Assembly: GCA_963664825.1 (NCBI GenBank)
Contig: OY761614.1
Coordinates: 2,208,001 to 2,272,000 of the forward strand
Length of the DNA: 64,000 nt
Source: an uncultured Holophaga sp.
GTDB taxonomy: Bacteria; Acidobacteriota; Holophagae; Holophagales; Holophagaceae
Direction: 5' to 3'
Positions 1 to 9,051 of this stretch are shown piece after piece. Numbering within the stretch: the first letter of the stretch is position 1; each line of letters begins with the position of its first letter. The translations under genes and the position numbers were made by a program. The notes under the pieces are model-generated. The model was not told the origin of the DNA, did no database searches, and was given only the letters and a program-made list of their open reading frames with translations.

Positions 1-69
1 GGGGGTCTGGAGGAGGGACTGGAGTGCGTCGCGCATCCCTCTGTTGAAGCACAAAGCCGGGGTGGGCTG

Positions 70-85
70 TGTGATCTGCGTCACA
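70..85. promoter_or_regulatory. CRP/FNR-family (HcpR-like) operator TGTGA-N6-TCACA
   Basis: Perfect TGTGAtctgcgTCACA about 95 nt upstream of hcp start. Confidence 0.7.
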
Positions 86-95
86 GGAACGTCTT

Positions 96-113
96 CCTTG
101 ACCCCCGTCAAGG
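96..113. promoter_or_regulatory. FNR/Dnr-like palindrome CCTTGAC-N4-GTCAAGG
   Basis: Perfect 7-bp arms resembling TTGAT-N4-ATCAA, upstream of hcp. Confidence 0.5.
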
Positions 114-180
114 TCGGCCGCTGGTGCGCGCCGGACACTTCCCCTGGACCGGGCCTGAAGCCCCCCATCAGGAGGTAGCG

Positions 181-1467
181 ATGTTCTGCAACCAGTGTGA
201 ACAGGCGAAGAACGGCATGGGATGCGATGTGGTGGGCGTCTGCGGCAAGGACGAGGATGTCCAGAGCCTCCAGGAGACGCTGCTCTACGGCCTCAAGGGC
301 ATGGCGGCCTACGCCCATCACGCGCGCCGCCTGGGGCGGTCCGACGAGGGGGTGAATGCCTTCCTGGAGGAGGCCCTCTTCGCCACCATGACCAATGTGA
401 ATTTCGATATCCCCAGTCTCCTGGAGATGGTGCTGGAATGCGGCAAGCAGAACCTGCGGGTGATGCAGATGCTGGACGAGGCCCATGTGGCGCACTTCGG
501 CAAGCCCGCGGTGAAGGCAGTCTGGTGCGGTACGAAGGCCCAACCGGGCATCCTGGTCAGTGGCCACGATCTGCTGGATCTCTGGAACCTCCTCCAGCAG
601 GTGGAAGGCACGGACGTGCTCGTCTACACACACGGGGAGATGCTGCCGGCCTTCATGTATCCCAAGCTTGCCCATCACCCCAACCTGGTGGGCCACTTCG
701 GCGGAGCCTGGCAGAAGCAGCGCAGCGAATTCGAGGCCTTCGGCGGCGCCGTCATGGTCACCACCAACTGCATCCTGGAACCCCGGAAATCCTACGCGGA
801 CCGCATGTTCTCCAACCGCACGACGGCGGCTCCCGGTGTGACTCGGTTGACGAGCGATGACTTCAGCGCCGTCATCCGGCGCGCCCGGGAATTGGGCCCC
901 CTGGAGGCTCGCGATTTCGGCAAGATCCCCGTGGGCTTCCACCACAGCGTGATCCTGGAGGCCGCCCCGGCCATCCTGGAGGCCGTGAAGAAGGGCGAGG
1001 TCACGCGCTTTTTCGTCATCGGCGGCTGCGACGGCAGTGAACCCGGCCGCAACTACTACACGGACTACGCCGCCAACGCGCCCCAGTCCTCCTTCATCCT
1101 GACCCTAGGCTGCGGGAAGTTCCGCATCATGGACCACGACTACGGCACGCTGCTGGGCCTGCCCCGCCTGCTGGATATGGGCCAGTGCAATAACGCCTAC
1201 GGCGCGATCCAGGTGGCCGTGGGCCTTGCGCAGGCTGCGGGGTGCGGCGTGAACGATCTGCCCCTCACCATCGTGCTCAGCTGGTTCGAACAGAAGGCCG
1301 TGGCCGTCCTGCTCACCCTCCTGCATCTGGGGGTGAAGAACATCGCCGTGGGCCCCGCCGCCCCGGCCTGGATCACGCCCAGGGTCTTCAAGGTGCTCCA
1401 GGACGCCTACGGCCTCAAACTCATCGGCAAGGATGGCAAGGCCGATGTGATCACGGCTTGCCAGTAG
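181..1467 (+). CDS. hcp: Hydroxylamine reductase / hybrid cluster protein (short 428-aa form)
   Basis: MFCNQCEQ..GC..GVCGK, YTHGEMLP, GGCDG, LSWFEQKA motifs; GGAGG RBS before ATG 181. Confidence 0.95.
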   Translation: MFCNQCEQAKNGMGCDVVGVCGKDEDVQSLQETLLYGLKGMAAYAHHARRLGRSDEGVNAFLEEALFATMTNVNFDIPSLLEMVLECGKQNLRVMQMLDEAHVAHFGKPAVKAVWCGTKAQPGILVSGHDLLDLWNLLQQVEGTDVLVYTHGEMLPAFMYPKLAHHPNLVGHFGGAWQKQRSEFEAFGGAVMVTTNCILEPRKSYADRMFSNRTTAAPGVTRLTSDDFSAVIRRARELGPLEARDFGKIPVGFHHSVILEAAPAILEAVKKGEVTRFFVIGGCDGSEPGRNYYTDYAANAPQSSFILTLGCGKFRIMDHDYGTLLGLPRLLDMGQCNNAYGAIQVAVGLAQAAGCGVNDLPLTIVLSWFEQKAVAVLLTLLHLGVKNIAVGPAAPAWITPRVFKVLQDAYGLKLIGKDGKADVITACQ

Positions 1468-1478
1468 GAGGATGTCCC

Positions 1479-1796
1479 ATGACCACGGCCCTCACCAACC
1501 TGAACGAAGCCCTGCCCATATCCCACGGGGCCATCGCCTCCCGGCCTCTCATTGATCTGCCGGAAGACCTGAAACTGGTGCTCTTCGCCATGGATGCGGG
1601 CCAGGAGCTCAGCGCCCACAGCGCCCCCTTTCCCGCTACCGTGCTCTGCATCCAGGGTCGGCTGGAGGTCATGGTGGAGGGCGCCTGGACCCCCCTCGGC
1701 CCCGGCGAGCGCCAGGATCTGCCCAAGGGACGTCCCCACGGCGTGAAGGCCCTGGAACCCACCCACTGGATGCTGACCATGCTGAGGGGACAGTAG
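1479..1796 (+). CDS. Cupin domain protein
   Basis: LFAMDAGQELSAHSAP...PHGVKA cupin motifs; RBS GGAGG directly after hcp. Confidence 0.85.
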   Translation: MTTALTNLNEALPISHGAIASRPLIDLPEDLKLVLFAMDAGQELSAHSAPFPATVLCIQGRLEVMVEGAWTPLGPGERQDLPKGRPHGVKALEPTHWMLTMLRGQ

Positions 1797-1819
1797 GAAG
1801 CTCCTTCCAGGAGATGGCC

Positions 1820-3004
1820 TCAGCCCGCCAGGCGCCTGCCCAGGCCCATGGCGGGCTTTTCGATCCAGCGGAAGACGAACCCCGCCAAGGCCAGGGTCAC
1901 CAGCAGGGCCGTCGGGAAGCTCCAGGCCGCAGACAGGCCCCTGGGCAGCACCTTCAGCACGATGAGCCAGGCGAAGGGGTGGAGCAGGTAGACCGAATAG
2001 CTGGCGCTGCCCAGGAACACGAAGGGCCTGCGCAGGGCATGATCGGGCATGTCATAGAAGGCGAAGATGGCCACGGCCAGCCAGCAGATGCCCACATACT
2101 TGGCCCGGGCCATGCCCGCCATGATATCGAAGTAGTCATAGAAGACGGGCCCCCTCGGGAGCGCCAGCAGGAGCAGGATCCCCAGGGCCCCGAAAAACCA
2201 AGACAGTTTCAGGCGCCAGGAGATCCGCTTGCGCAGATCGGCCACGATGCCCCCTAGCAGGAACAGGCAGGCGTGATTGGGAATCTGCACGTAGGTATGG
2301 AACTTCATTTGGCCCACGTGGGAGGCCATCTGCACCTTGCCGAAGCTCCAGGGCAGGGTCAGGGCCACGAGCAGCGCCGCTCCCAGATACAGGAACACCT
2401 TGCGGCGCGTGGCCCAGGCCAGTAGCGGGAAAACCAGGTAGAAGACGTATTCGATGCCGATGGACCATCCGCCCACCACCAGGGCGTGGTTGGGGTGGAA
2501 GATCCCAAAGGTGAGGGTGAGATTCTCCATGAGCATCCTGGGCGAGAATCCCGGCCCCACGGGGTTGAGGCCGAAGGGCGGGCGCAGGGCCAGGCCCGCT
2601 GCCACCGCCAAGTAGTAGAGTGGCGCGATGCGGAAGAAGCGCTTGATGTGGAAGCGCCGCAGTTCCCGCCCTCCCCAGGCGCTCTCCCCGTAGAGATGGA
2701 AGAAACAGAAGCCGCTGACGATGAAGAAGCCCTCCACCCCGTAGTTCCCGAAGATGGCCAGGGCATTGTTCGCCCGGGTTCCCGCCGCTGAGAGCTCGGA
2801 CCACATGGACAGGTGGTAGACGGCCACCGAGAGCGCCATCAGGCCCCGGAGGATATCCAGTGAATCGATGCGGGAGGCCCCGGCGCGAGGCAGCGTGGAT
2901 GACCCATTCGGGCACTCCCGGGCAGTTCGTCCTCCGGACGAGCCTGGTTTGCGCTGCTCTTCGCCGCCTCCTGTGTCGGCGGCTTCCGGGAGATGCACCT
3001 TCAT
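1820..3004 (-). CDS. Acyltransferase family 3 (OafA-like) membrane protein; start uncertain
   Basis: IDSLDILRG, GVEGFFIVSGF, KRFFRIAPLY, WSIGIEYVFY, SYSVYLLH. Confidence 0.88.
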   Translation of the reverse strand: MKVHLPEAADTGGGEEQRKPGSSGGRTARECPNGSSTLPRAGASRIDSLDILRGLMALSVAVYHLSMWSELSAAGTRANNALAIFGNYGVEGFFIVSGFCFFHLYGESAWGGRELRRFHIKRFFRIAPLYYLAVAAGLALRPPFGLNPVGPGFSPRMLMENLTLTFGIFHPNHALVVGGWSIGIEYVFYLVFPLLAWATRRKVFLYLGAALLVALTLPWSFGKVQMASHVGQMKFHTYVQIPNHACLFLLGGIVADLRKRISWRLKLSWFFGALGILLLLALPRGPVFYDYFDIMAGMARAKYVGICWLAVAIFAFYDMPDHALRRPFVFLGSASYSVYLLHPFAWLIVLKVLPRGLSAAWSFPTALLVTLALAGFVFRWIEKPAMGLGRRLAG

Positions 3005-3005
3005 C

Positions 3006-4043
3006 TCAGCGATAGCGCACCTCGCCTGTGCCCGGCACCAGGGCCCCGATCACCCAGGCGGTTTCCCCCGCGTTCTTCAGCGACAGGACGACTTCATCCG
3101 CATCGGCCTGCTGGACGATCACCACCATGCCCACGCCCAGATTGAAGCTGCGGCGGGCGTCCTCGAGGGGCAGCTGGGCCTTCTCCATGAGGAAGCTGAA
3201 GAGGGGCGGGATCTGCCAGCTTCCGGTTTCGATGGCGGCATCCAGATGCTTGGGAAGCACCCGAGGCAGGTTATCGGTGAGCCCGCCGCCGGTGATATGG
3301 GCCATGGCCACCAGCTTCTTGGCCTTCACCAGGGGCATGAGCTGGGTGAGGTAGCAGCGATGGGTGGCCAGCAGGGCCTCGGCCACGGTCTGCTGCGTGC
3401 CGGGCAGGGTGTCGGTTGTCGCGAGTCCCGCCACCTCGAAGCAGACCCTGCGGGCCAGGGAATATCCGTTGGTGTGGAGGCCCGCACTGGGCAGGGCGAT
3501 GATCACGTCGCCTTCGGCCATGGCCTCCAGGCGCGGCAGCAACTCGTCCTGGTCCACCACGCCCACGATGGTGCCGGCCACATCCACTTCGCCCTTCTCG
3601 TAGACCCCGGGCATTTCCGCCAGCTCGCCGCCGATGAGCGCGCAGCCCGTATTCCGACAGGCATGGGCCATGCCCGCGACGATGGCTTCGATGACCTCAG
3701 GCTCCAGGCGCTGGGCGGCGATGTAGTCCAGGAAGAAGAGGGGGCGGGCCCCCTGCACCAGGATATCGTTGATGCAGTGGTTCACCAGATCGCCGCCCAC
3801 GGTATTCCAGGTGTTGGCCAGGCGGGCCACCTTCATCTTGGTGCCCACCCCATCCATAGAGGAGACGAGGATGGGGTTCTTTTCCGGGAACTGGGCGCTG
3901 AAGAGCCCGCCGAAGAGGCCGATGTCGGAGCGCACCCCGGGGGTCTTGGTGGTCTTCACCAGGGGCTTGATCCGTCGCAGCGCCTCGTCCTGGCGGTCGA
4001 TGTCCACACCGCTGGTTGCGTACGTCACCTGTTTCTCACTCAT
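3006..4043 (-). CDS. purM: Phosphoribosylformylglycinamidine cyclo-ligase (AIR synthetase)
   Basis: YATSGVDI, DGVGTK, PLFFLDY, GGELAEMPG, HTNGYSL, HITGGG. Confidence 0.97.
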   Translation of the reverse strand: MSEKQVTYATSGVDIDRQDEALRRIKPLVKTTKTPGVRSDIGLFGGLFSAQFPEKNPILVSSMDGVGTKMKVARLANTWNTVGGDLVNHCINDILVQGARPLFFLDYIAAQRLEPEVIEAIVAGMAHACRNTGCALIGGELAEMPGVYEKGEVDVAGTIVGVVDQDELLPRLEAMAEGDVIIALPSAGLHTNGYSLARRVCFEVAGLATTDTLPGTQQTVAEALLATHRCYLTQLMPLVKAKKLVAMAHITGGGLTDNLPRVLPKHLDAAIETGSWQIPPLFSFLMEKAQLPLEDARRSFNLGVGMVVIVQQADADEVVLSLKNAGETAWVIGALVPGTGEVRYR

Positions 4044-4134
4044 GGCGCCCCCTGGCTCCCATGATCCCACAGGCGGTCCTAGGATCGGGTCACGAGGGGA
4101 GAAAGATGGCACTCTTAGGCATGCGGAGGACGCC

Positions 4135-4677
4135 ATGAGCATCGACGAGGCGAGGGCGGCCCAGGCCGTGCATGAATTGCTGGCCAGTTTCGGGGCCGAT
4201 CCGGAGTCGCCGGAATTGAGGGAGACGCCCCATCGGGTCGCGCAATATTGGGTCGAACGCCTCCAGGGCTATGGCCTGGATGTGGCCGCGGAACTGCAAG
4301 CCCTTCCCGGGGAGCTGGCCCCCTGTCCCGTGATTCTCGAACACGTGCCCTTCACGAGCACCTGCGAACACCACCTGGCCCCCTTCTCGGGTCAGGCCAC
4401 CATCGGCTACCTGCCCGGGGCCGGGGGCACCGTGGGCCTCTCCAAGCTGGTGCGCCTGGTGCAGGCCTTCGCCAATCGCCTCCAGGTCCAGGAGCGCATG
4501 ACCCGTCAGATATTCGAAGCTCTGGAGATCCATCTGCGCCCCCAGGCCTGGGGCATCAAGCTGGTGGCCGAGCACACCTGCATGAGCCATCGGGGCGTGA
4601 AGACGCCCGGCGTGCCCGTCACCACGATGCTTCTCGGAGGGCTCTGGAAGGACAAGGCACCGGAGGAATTCAGGTAA
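4135..4677 (+). CDS. folE: GTP cyclohydrolase I
   Basis: ETPHRVA, CEHHLAPF, GLSKL, RLQVQER, HTCM..RG. Confidence 0.93.
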   Translation: MSIDEARAAQAVHELLASFGADPESPELRETPHRVAQYWVERLQGYGLDVAAELQALPGELAPCPVILEHVPFTSTCEHHLAPFSGQATIGYLPGAGGTVGLSKLVRLVQAFANRLQVQERMTRQIFEALEIHLRPQAWGIKLVAEHTCMSHRGVKTPGVPVTTMLLGGLWKDKAPEEFR

Positions 4678-4713
4678 AGAGAACCCTCCCTTGCACCGGA
4701 GGAAAGACTGGGC

Positions 4714-4752
4714 TTGACAAGGCTACAAATGTAGACAAACTACATGTGTAGT
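4714..4752 (+). promoter_or_regulatory. TTGACA -35 followed by two tandem BlaI/MecI/CopY boxes (TACA-N2-TGTA)
   Basis: TTGACA 4714-4719; cTACAaaTGTAg 4723-4734; acTACAtgTGTAgt 4739-4752; directly upstream of BlaI gene. Confidence 0.8.
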
Positions 4753-4764
4753 CAAGGAGCCCCC

Positions 4765-5154
4765 ATGACCCAGTCCCCCCGAATTTCCGATGCCGAATGG
4801 ACGGTGATGAAGGAACTGTGGAGGCGTAGCCCCCAGACGGCCCAGGAGGTCACGGCGGCACTCCATGTGCAGACCTCCTGGAGCCCCAGCACGGTCAAGA
4901 CGCTGATCAATCGATTGGTGGGGAAGGGGGCACTGGGCTCCACGAAACAGGGGCGCGAATTTCTGTACTCGCCGAAGGTCTCCGAATCCAGTTGCGCCCG
5001 CGCCGAGAGCCACTCATTCCTCCAGCGGGTCTTCGGGGGCTCCATGCGTCCCATGCTGGCCTCCTTCCTGGAGGAGGAATCCCTCAGTCCCGAGGATATC
5101 CAGGAACTGAGGCGCCTACTGGATCACAAGGAAGCGGAGGATCGCCATGTCTGA
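4765..5154 (+). CDS. BlaI/MecI/CopY family repressor
   Basis: ISDAEWTVMKELW, WSPSTVKTLINRLVGKG, C-terminal LSPEDIQELRRLL. Confidence 0.93.
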   Translation: MTQSPRISDAEWTVMKELWRRSPQTAQEVTAALHVQTSWSPSTVKTLINRLVGKGALGSTKQGREFLYSPKVSESSCARAESHSFLQRVFGGSMRPMLASFLEEESLSPEDIQELRRLLDHKEAEDRHV

Positions 5155-6913
5155 GGCTCTCTCGCGCCTGACGGACGTGGTGCTGCGTGCTTCGCTGGAC
5201 GCCAGCCTCCTGTGTCTGCTGATCCTGGGCCTCAAGATGCTCCTGGGCCGTCGTTGGCCGGCCCGCTGGCATGCCGCCGTATGGCTCGCCCTGATCCTCA
5301 GGCTATGTCTTCCGGCGCCCGTGTTCTCCTGGCACGTCCCTATCACTCTCCCTGTCATCCAGGCTCCGGCTCCATCTTCCCATTCGGGGAAACCGATCGA
5401 AACATCCACATATAGTGCGGGTAGACGGAGTTCGCCCGTCCCGGGGCGCCTTCCACGCTCCACCATCCTTCCCTTCCTGTGGCTGGCGGGTGCCCTGACC
5501 ACAGCAGCCTTCCTCGCTTCGGGAGTCCTTCGTTTCTGGTTGGCCGTGCGAAAGGGGCGGGTCGTGACTTCCGAGCCGATTCTCCGTCTGCTGGAATCCA
5601 CCAAGGTGGAAATGGGTCTCCGAGTCCTGGTGGGGCTCGTGGAAACAGATCGGGTGAGGGCACCGGCCCTCTTCGGTTTTCTGCGCCCGCGGCTCCTGTT
5701 GCCGAAGGGCTTCCTGGAAGCCTTTGATGCAGAGGAACTGTATTACATCTTTCGCCACGAGCTTGCCCACCTCAAGCGCCTGGACATCCTGACGGGCTGG
5801 CTGGTCTGCCTGCTCCAGGCGCTCCATTGGTTCAATCCTCTGATCTGGTATGCCTTCCTGCAATGGCGCAGGGACCGGGAGTTGGCCTGCGACGAAACCG
5901 CAGTTTGGCATCTCGATGCCCCCGCTACCGCCCGCTATGGGCACACCCTGCTCCAGCTGTTCGAGCGATTCAAGGGCCCTGAGCCGCTTCCGAATCTCGC
6001 TGGAGTCCTCGAAACCCCTTCCAATCTCTCAAGGAGGATCCTCATGATCTCTCGTCTTGCCCAGGGCTGCGAACGGCGCTGGCCTCTCGCCTCCCTGCTC
6101 GTGCTGGGCGGTCTCACCGTGGTTTCCATGAGCGGCTTCGCTCATGCTTCGGATCGCTCTGTCGCTGTTCCTGCGGCCGCCGTCGCCCCGGCCCCTGAGC
6201 CCTGGCACGGTTTCGTCAACGATGCCGATCTGCTGGGCGGATGGCGCACCGCGGATTTCGTCAAACGGGTCGAGGATTTCCAGCCCGACCAGCGCCAGTG
6301 GAAGGACCCCGACTACCTCCAGGAAATGTTCTTCCATGCCGATGGCACAGGCAGGGAGGTCTGCGTCAATGGGAACTCAAACAAATGGAAGTGGACTCTA
6401 GGGAAGATCTACGCCGGATCTCCCACCGAGGGGCGGTACGAGATCCGTCAAATGGCTGGACGCACCTTCCTCTTCTTCGCATGGATGAACGGCGATGTGC
6501 TGTCCCGCGGCCACAAACCCTATTGGGTCGTGCTGGAGAAGGCGCCCCGCCTGCGGGAAGTGGCCAGCCGTGTCCAGGACCGGATCGACTACCCCTTCGA
6601 TAACGACCCCGCGTGCCTTGGCAACTGGTCCAGCGTCGATTTCGTGGCGCGGATCGAAGACTTCAAACCCGCCGAGCGGCATACCAAAGAAGAGGCCATG
6701 CCTTTCAAGGGCCTCGAGTTCCTGCCCCAGGGCAAAACGACCGGCTCCTACCGCTGGACCCGGGGCCTGCTGCTGCACGACGGGGATCACACTGCCTCCC
6801 GGTATGAGATCCGCGACATGGATGGGGCCCGCTACCTCTTCTTGGAATGGAAGAGCGGCGACTACACCCATCGTGGAATGAGGCCCAGCTATTACGTGCT
6901 AAAGGCCCAGTAG
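5147..6913 (+). CDS. BlaR1-like M56 metallopeptidase with duplicated C-terminal domain
   Basis: HELAH, LHWFNPLIW, ELACDE; overlaps BlaI stop. Confidence 0.9.
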   Translation: MSEALSRLTDVVLRASLDASLLCLLILGLKMLLGRRWPARWHAAVWLALILRLCLPAPVFSWHVPITLPVIQAPAPSSHSGKPIETSTYSAGRRSSPVPGRLPRSTILPFLWLAGALTTAAFLASGVLRFWLAVRKGRVVTSEPILRLLESTKVEMGLRVLVGLVETDRVRAPALFGFLRPRLLLPKGFLEAFDAEELYYIFRHELAHLKRLDILTGWLVCLLQALHWFNPLIWYAFLQWRRDRELACDETAVWHLDAPATARYGHTLLQLFERFKGPEPLPNLAGVLETPSNLSRRILMISRLAQGCERRWPLASLLVLGGLTVVSMSGFAHASDRSVAVPAAAVAPAPEPWHGFVNDADLLGGWRTADFVKRVEDFQPDQRQWKDPDYLQEMFFHADGTGREVCVNGNSNKWKWTLGKIYAGSPTEGRYEIRQMAGRTFLFFAWMNGDVLSRGHKPYWVVLEKAPRLREVASRVQDRIDYPFDNDPACLGNWSSVDFVARIEDFKPAERHTKEEAMPFKGLEFLPQGKTTGSYRWTRGLLLHDGDHTASRYEIRDMDGARYLFLEWKSGDYTHRGMRPSYYVLKAQ

Positions 6914-7017
6914 TCGCGCACTCGCGGACGCGCCCTCGGACGATTCAAGAATGGTTGCCGCACACGAATCGTGGCAGCCTGCCGAGGGCGCGTCCGCTTG
7001 AGGGTAAACTCGAGACC

Positions 7018-7776
7018 ATGCCCGTGCATCCTTCGATCCTCTCTGCTCCCCGGTCCGCCGATCTCCGGAAGCCCCTCCTGGTCCTCGATATCGATGGCGT
7101 GATGGTGGAGGCGGAGCGCAGTTTCATGGAGGCCGTGGCCCGAGCTCTTCGGGAACTGGCGCCAGGCCTCCCCTGGAGCGACGAGCACTTCCGCGCCTTC
7201 AAGCGGGTGGGGGGCTTCAATAACGATTTCCGTCTGACGGCTGGCGGGTTGGCGCTGCACGAGGCTGGCCAGATCGAACGCCTCTGGTCGGCGGCGGGTG
7301 TGGGATTCCCCGATCTGGAAAACCGCATCCAGGCTCTGGAGCCCCTCTGCCAGCGGGCGGTGCAGGCCCACTACGCCGAGACGCGAAAACTGGAATCGGC
7401 ACTGATCACACTGGGCGAACTGGAGGCCACGGGGCTGGGACTGGCCATCTACACGGGCCGTCCCCCGGAGGAACTGGCCATGGCCCTCGAGGTGCTGGGC
7501 TTCGAGCTTCCCCATGTCTGCGATTGCGCCCCGGAACTCCGCAAGCCCAGGCCCGACGGCCTCCTCCTCCTGGTGGAGCGCTTCCAGGCCAAGGCCGTCA
7601 TCTTTGCAGGGGACACCCGGGACGATGCCGCCGCCCTGCGCTCCGCCCGGGAACTGCGCCCGGAGATCGCCTGGACCTTCGCCGCCATCGGCCCGGAGCG
7701 GGAGCGGATCGCCCTGCCGGGAGATCTCCGGGCGGAAACACTCCGGGGACTCCTCTCCGAACTCGCGATTCTCTGA
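7018..7776 (+). CDS. HAD-superfamily hydrolase (TIGR01548-like)
   Basis: DIDGV motif I, GGFNND, TGRP, KPRPDGL, GDTRDD. Confidence 0.8.
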   Translation: MPVHPSILSAPRSADLRKPLLVLDIDGVMVEAERSFMEAVARALRELAPGLPWSDEHFRAFKRVGGFNNDFRLTAGGLALHEAGQIERLWSAAGVGFPDLENRIQALEPLCQRAVQAHYAETRKLESALITLGELEATGLGLAIYTGRPPEELAMALEVLGFELPHVCDCAPELRKPRPDGLLLLVERFQAKAVIFAGDTRDDAAALRSARELRPEIAWTFAAIGPERERIALPGDLRAETLRGLLSELAIL

Positions 7777-7777
7777 T

Positions 7778-9040
7778 TCAGCGGAGCCGCGCTCGGGCCG
7801 AGGCGGCATGGGCCTTGAGGCCTTCGGCTTCGGCCAAGGCGATGGCCTGGAGCGCCAGGGAGCGCTGTCCCTCGGAGAGGATGCGCTGCCGGGTGAGGGT
7901 CTTGAGGAAGGTGCCCACGCAAACGCCGCCGGTGAAGCGGGCCGCGCCCCCGGTGGGGAGGATGTGGTTGGTGCCGCTGCCATAGTCCCCGAAGACTTCC
8001 GCCGTGGCTGCCCCCACGAAGAGGCTGCCATAGGTGCGCAGGCGGTCCTGGAGTCCCTCGGCCCGGGGCCCCTGCAGCTCCAGGTGCTCCGGCGCCAGGG
8101 CCTCTGCCAGGGCCAGGGCCTCGTCCGGGTCCCTGACGAGCACCGCGAAACCGTTCGCCAGGCTCTCCCGGGCGGGAGTGTCTGGGGGAAGCTCTGCCAG
8201 TTGGCGTCGCAGTTCCGCGTCCACCTGGTCCAGGAGCTCCTCGTCGAAACTGAGCAGCATGGGCAGGGCCTCGGGGTCGTGCTCGGCTTGGCCCAGCAGA
8301 TCCGCCGCGATCCACTGGGGTCGTGCGCCCCGGTCGGCGATGACCAGGAGTTCGCTGGGACCGGCCGGGAACTCGATGCCCACGTCCCCGTAGAGCAGGC
8401 GCTTGGCGCCGGTCACGTAGCGATTGCCGGGGCCCACGATGATGTCCACCCGGGGCAGGCCAGCCAGCCCCCAGGCCGCCGCAGCGATGCCCTGGACGCC
8501 TCCCAGGTCGAAGACCCGGTCGGCCCCGGCCAACACCGCTGCCGCCAGGGTGACGGGATGGATGCGGGGGCTCAGGACGATCACTTCCTCTACGCCGGCC
8601 ACCCGGGCGGGCACCACGCCCATGATCACGGAGCTGGGCAGGGGGTAGCGCCCGCCCGGCGCGTAGCAGGCGGCCCGCCTCACCGGCACGATGCGCTGGC
8701 CCAGGCAGACGCCGTCCTGGACCACGTCGAGATCCCGGAAGCTGGTCTTCTGGACTTCGCTGAAGGCCTTCACCCTCCCGATGGCCGCCTCGAGATGGGC
8801 TCGAAGAAGCGGATCCAGGGCCTCCACGGCCGCCTCCATGCGGGCCCTTGGCACCTCGAAGGCTTGCCCCTCAAAGCCATCCAGCTGGCGGGCCCAGGCC
8901 AGGACCGCCTCGGCACCTCGGAGGCGGATGTCCTCCAGGATGGTGGACACCTCCGGCGGAATGGGGGGCAGGGGACGTTGGGCCCGGGCCAGGACTTCTC
9001 GGGGAGAGAGGCGCTGGAGAAGGGTTGGTGGATTCGACAT
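7778..9040 (-). CDS. hisD: Histidinol dehydrogenase
   Basis: YAPGG, GPGNRYV, AGPSE, QAEHD, APEHL, GDYGSGTNHILPT. Confidence 0.96.
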   Translation of the reverse strand: MSNPPTLLQRLSPREVLARAQRPLPPIPPEVSTILEDIRLRGAEAVLAWARQLDGFEGQAFEVPRARMEAAVEALDPLLRAHLEAAIGRVKAFSEVQKTSFRDLDVVQDGVCLGQRIVPVRRAACYAPGGRYPLPSSVIMGVVPARVAGVEEVIVLSPRIHPVTLAAAVLAGADRVFDLGGVQGIAAAAWGLAGLPRVDIIVGPGNRYVTGAKRLLYGDVGIEFPAGPSELLVIADRGARPQWIAADLLGQAEHDPEALPMLLSFDEELLDQVDAELRRQLAELPPDTPARESLANGFAVLVRDPDEALALAEALAPEHLELQGPRAEGLQDRLRTYGSLFVGAATAEVFGDYGSGTNHILPTGGAARFTGGVCVGTFLKTLTRQRILSEGQRSLALQAIALAEAEGLKAHAASARARLR

Positions 9041-9051
9041 GAGGTGTCCTT

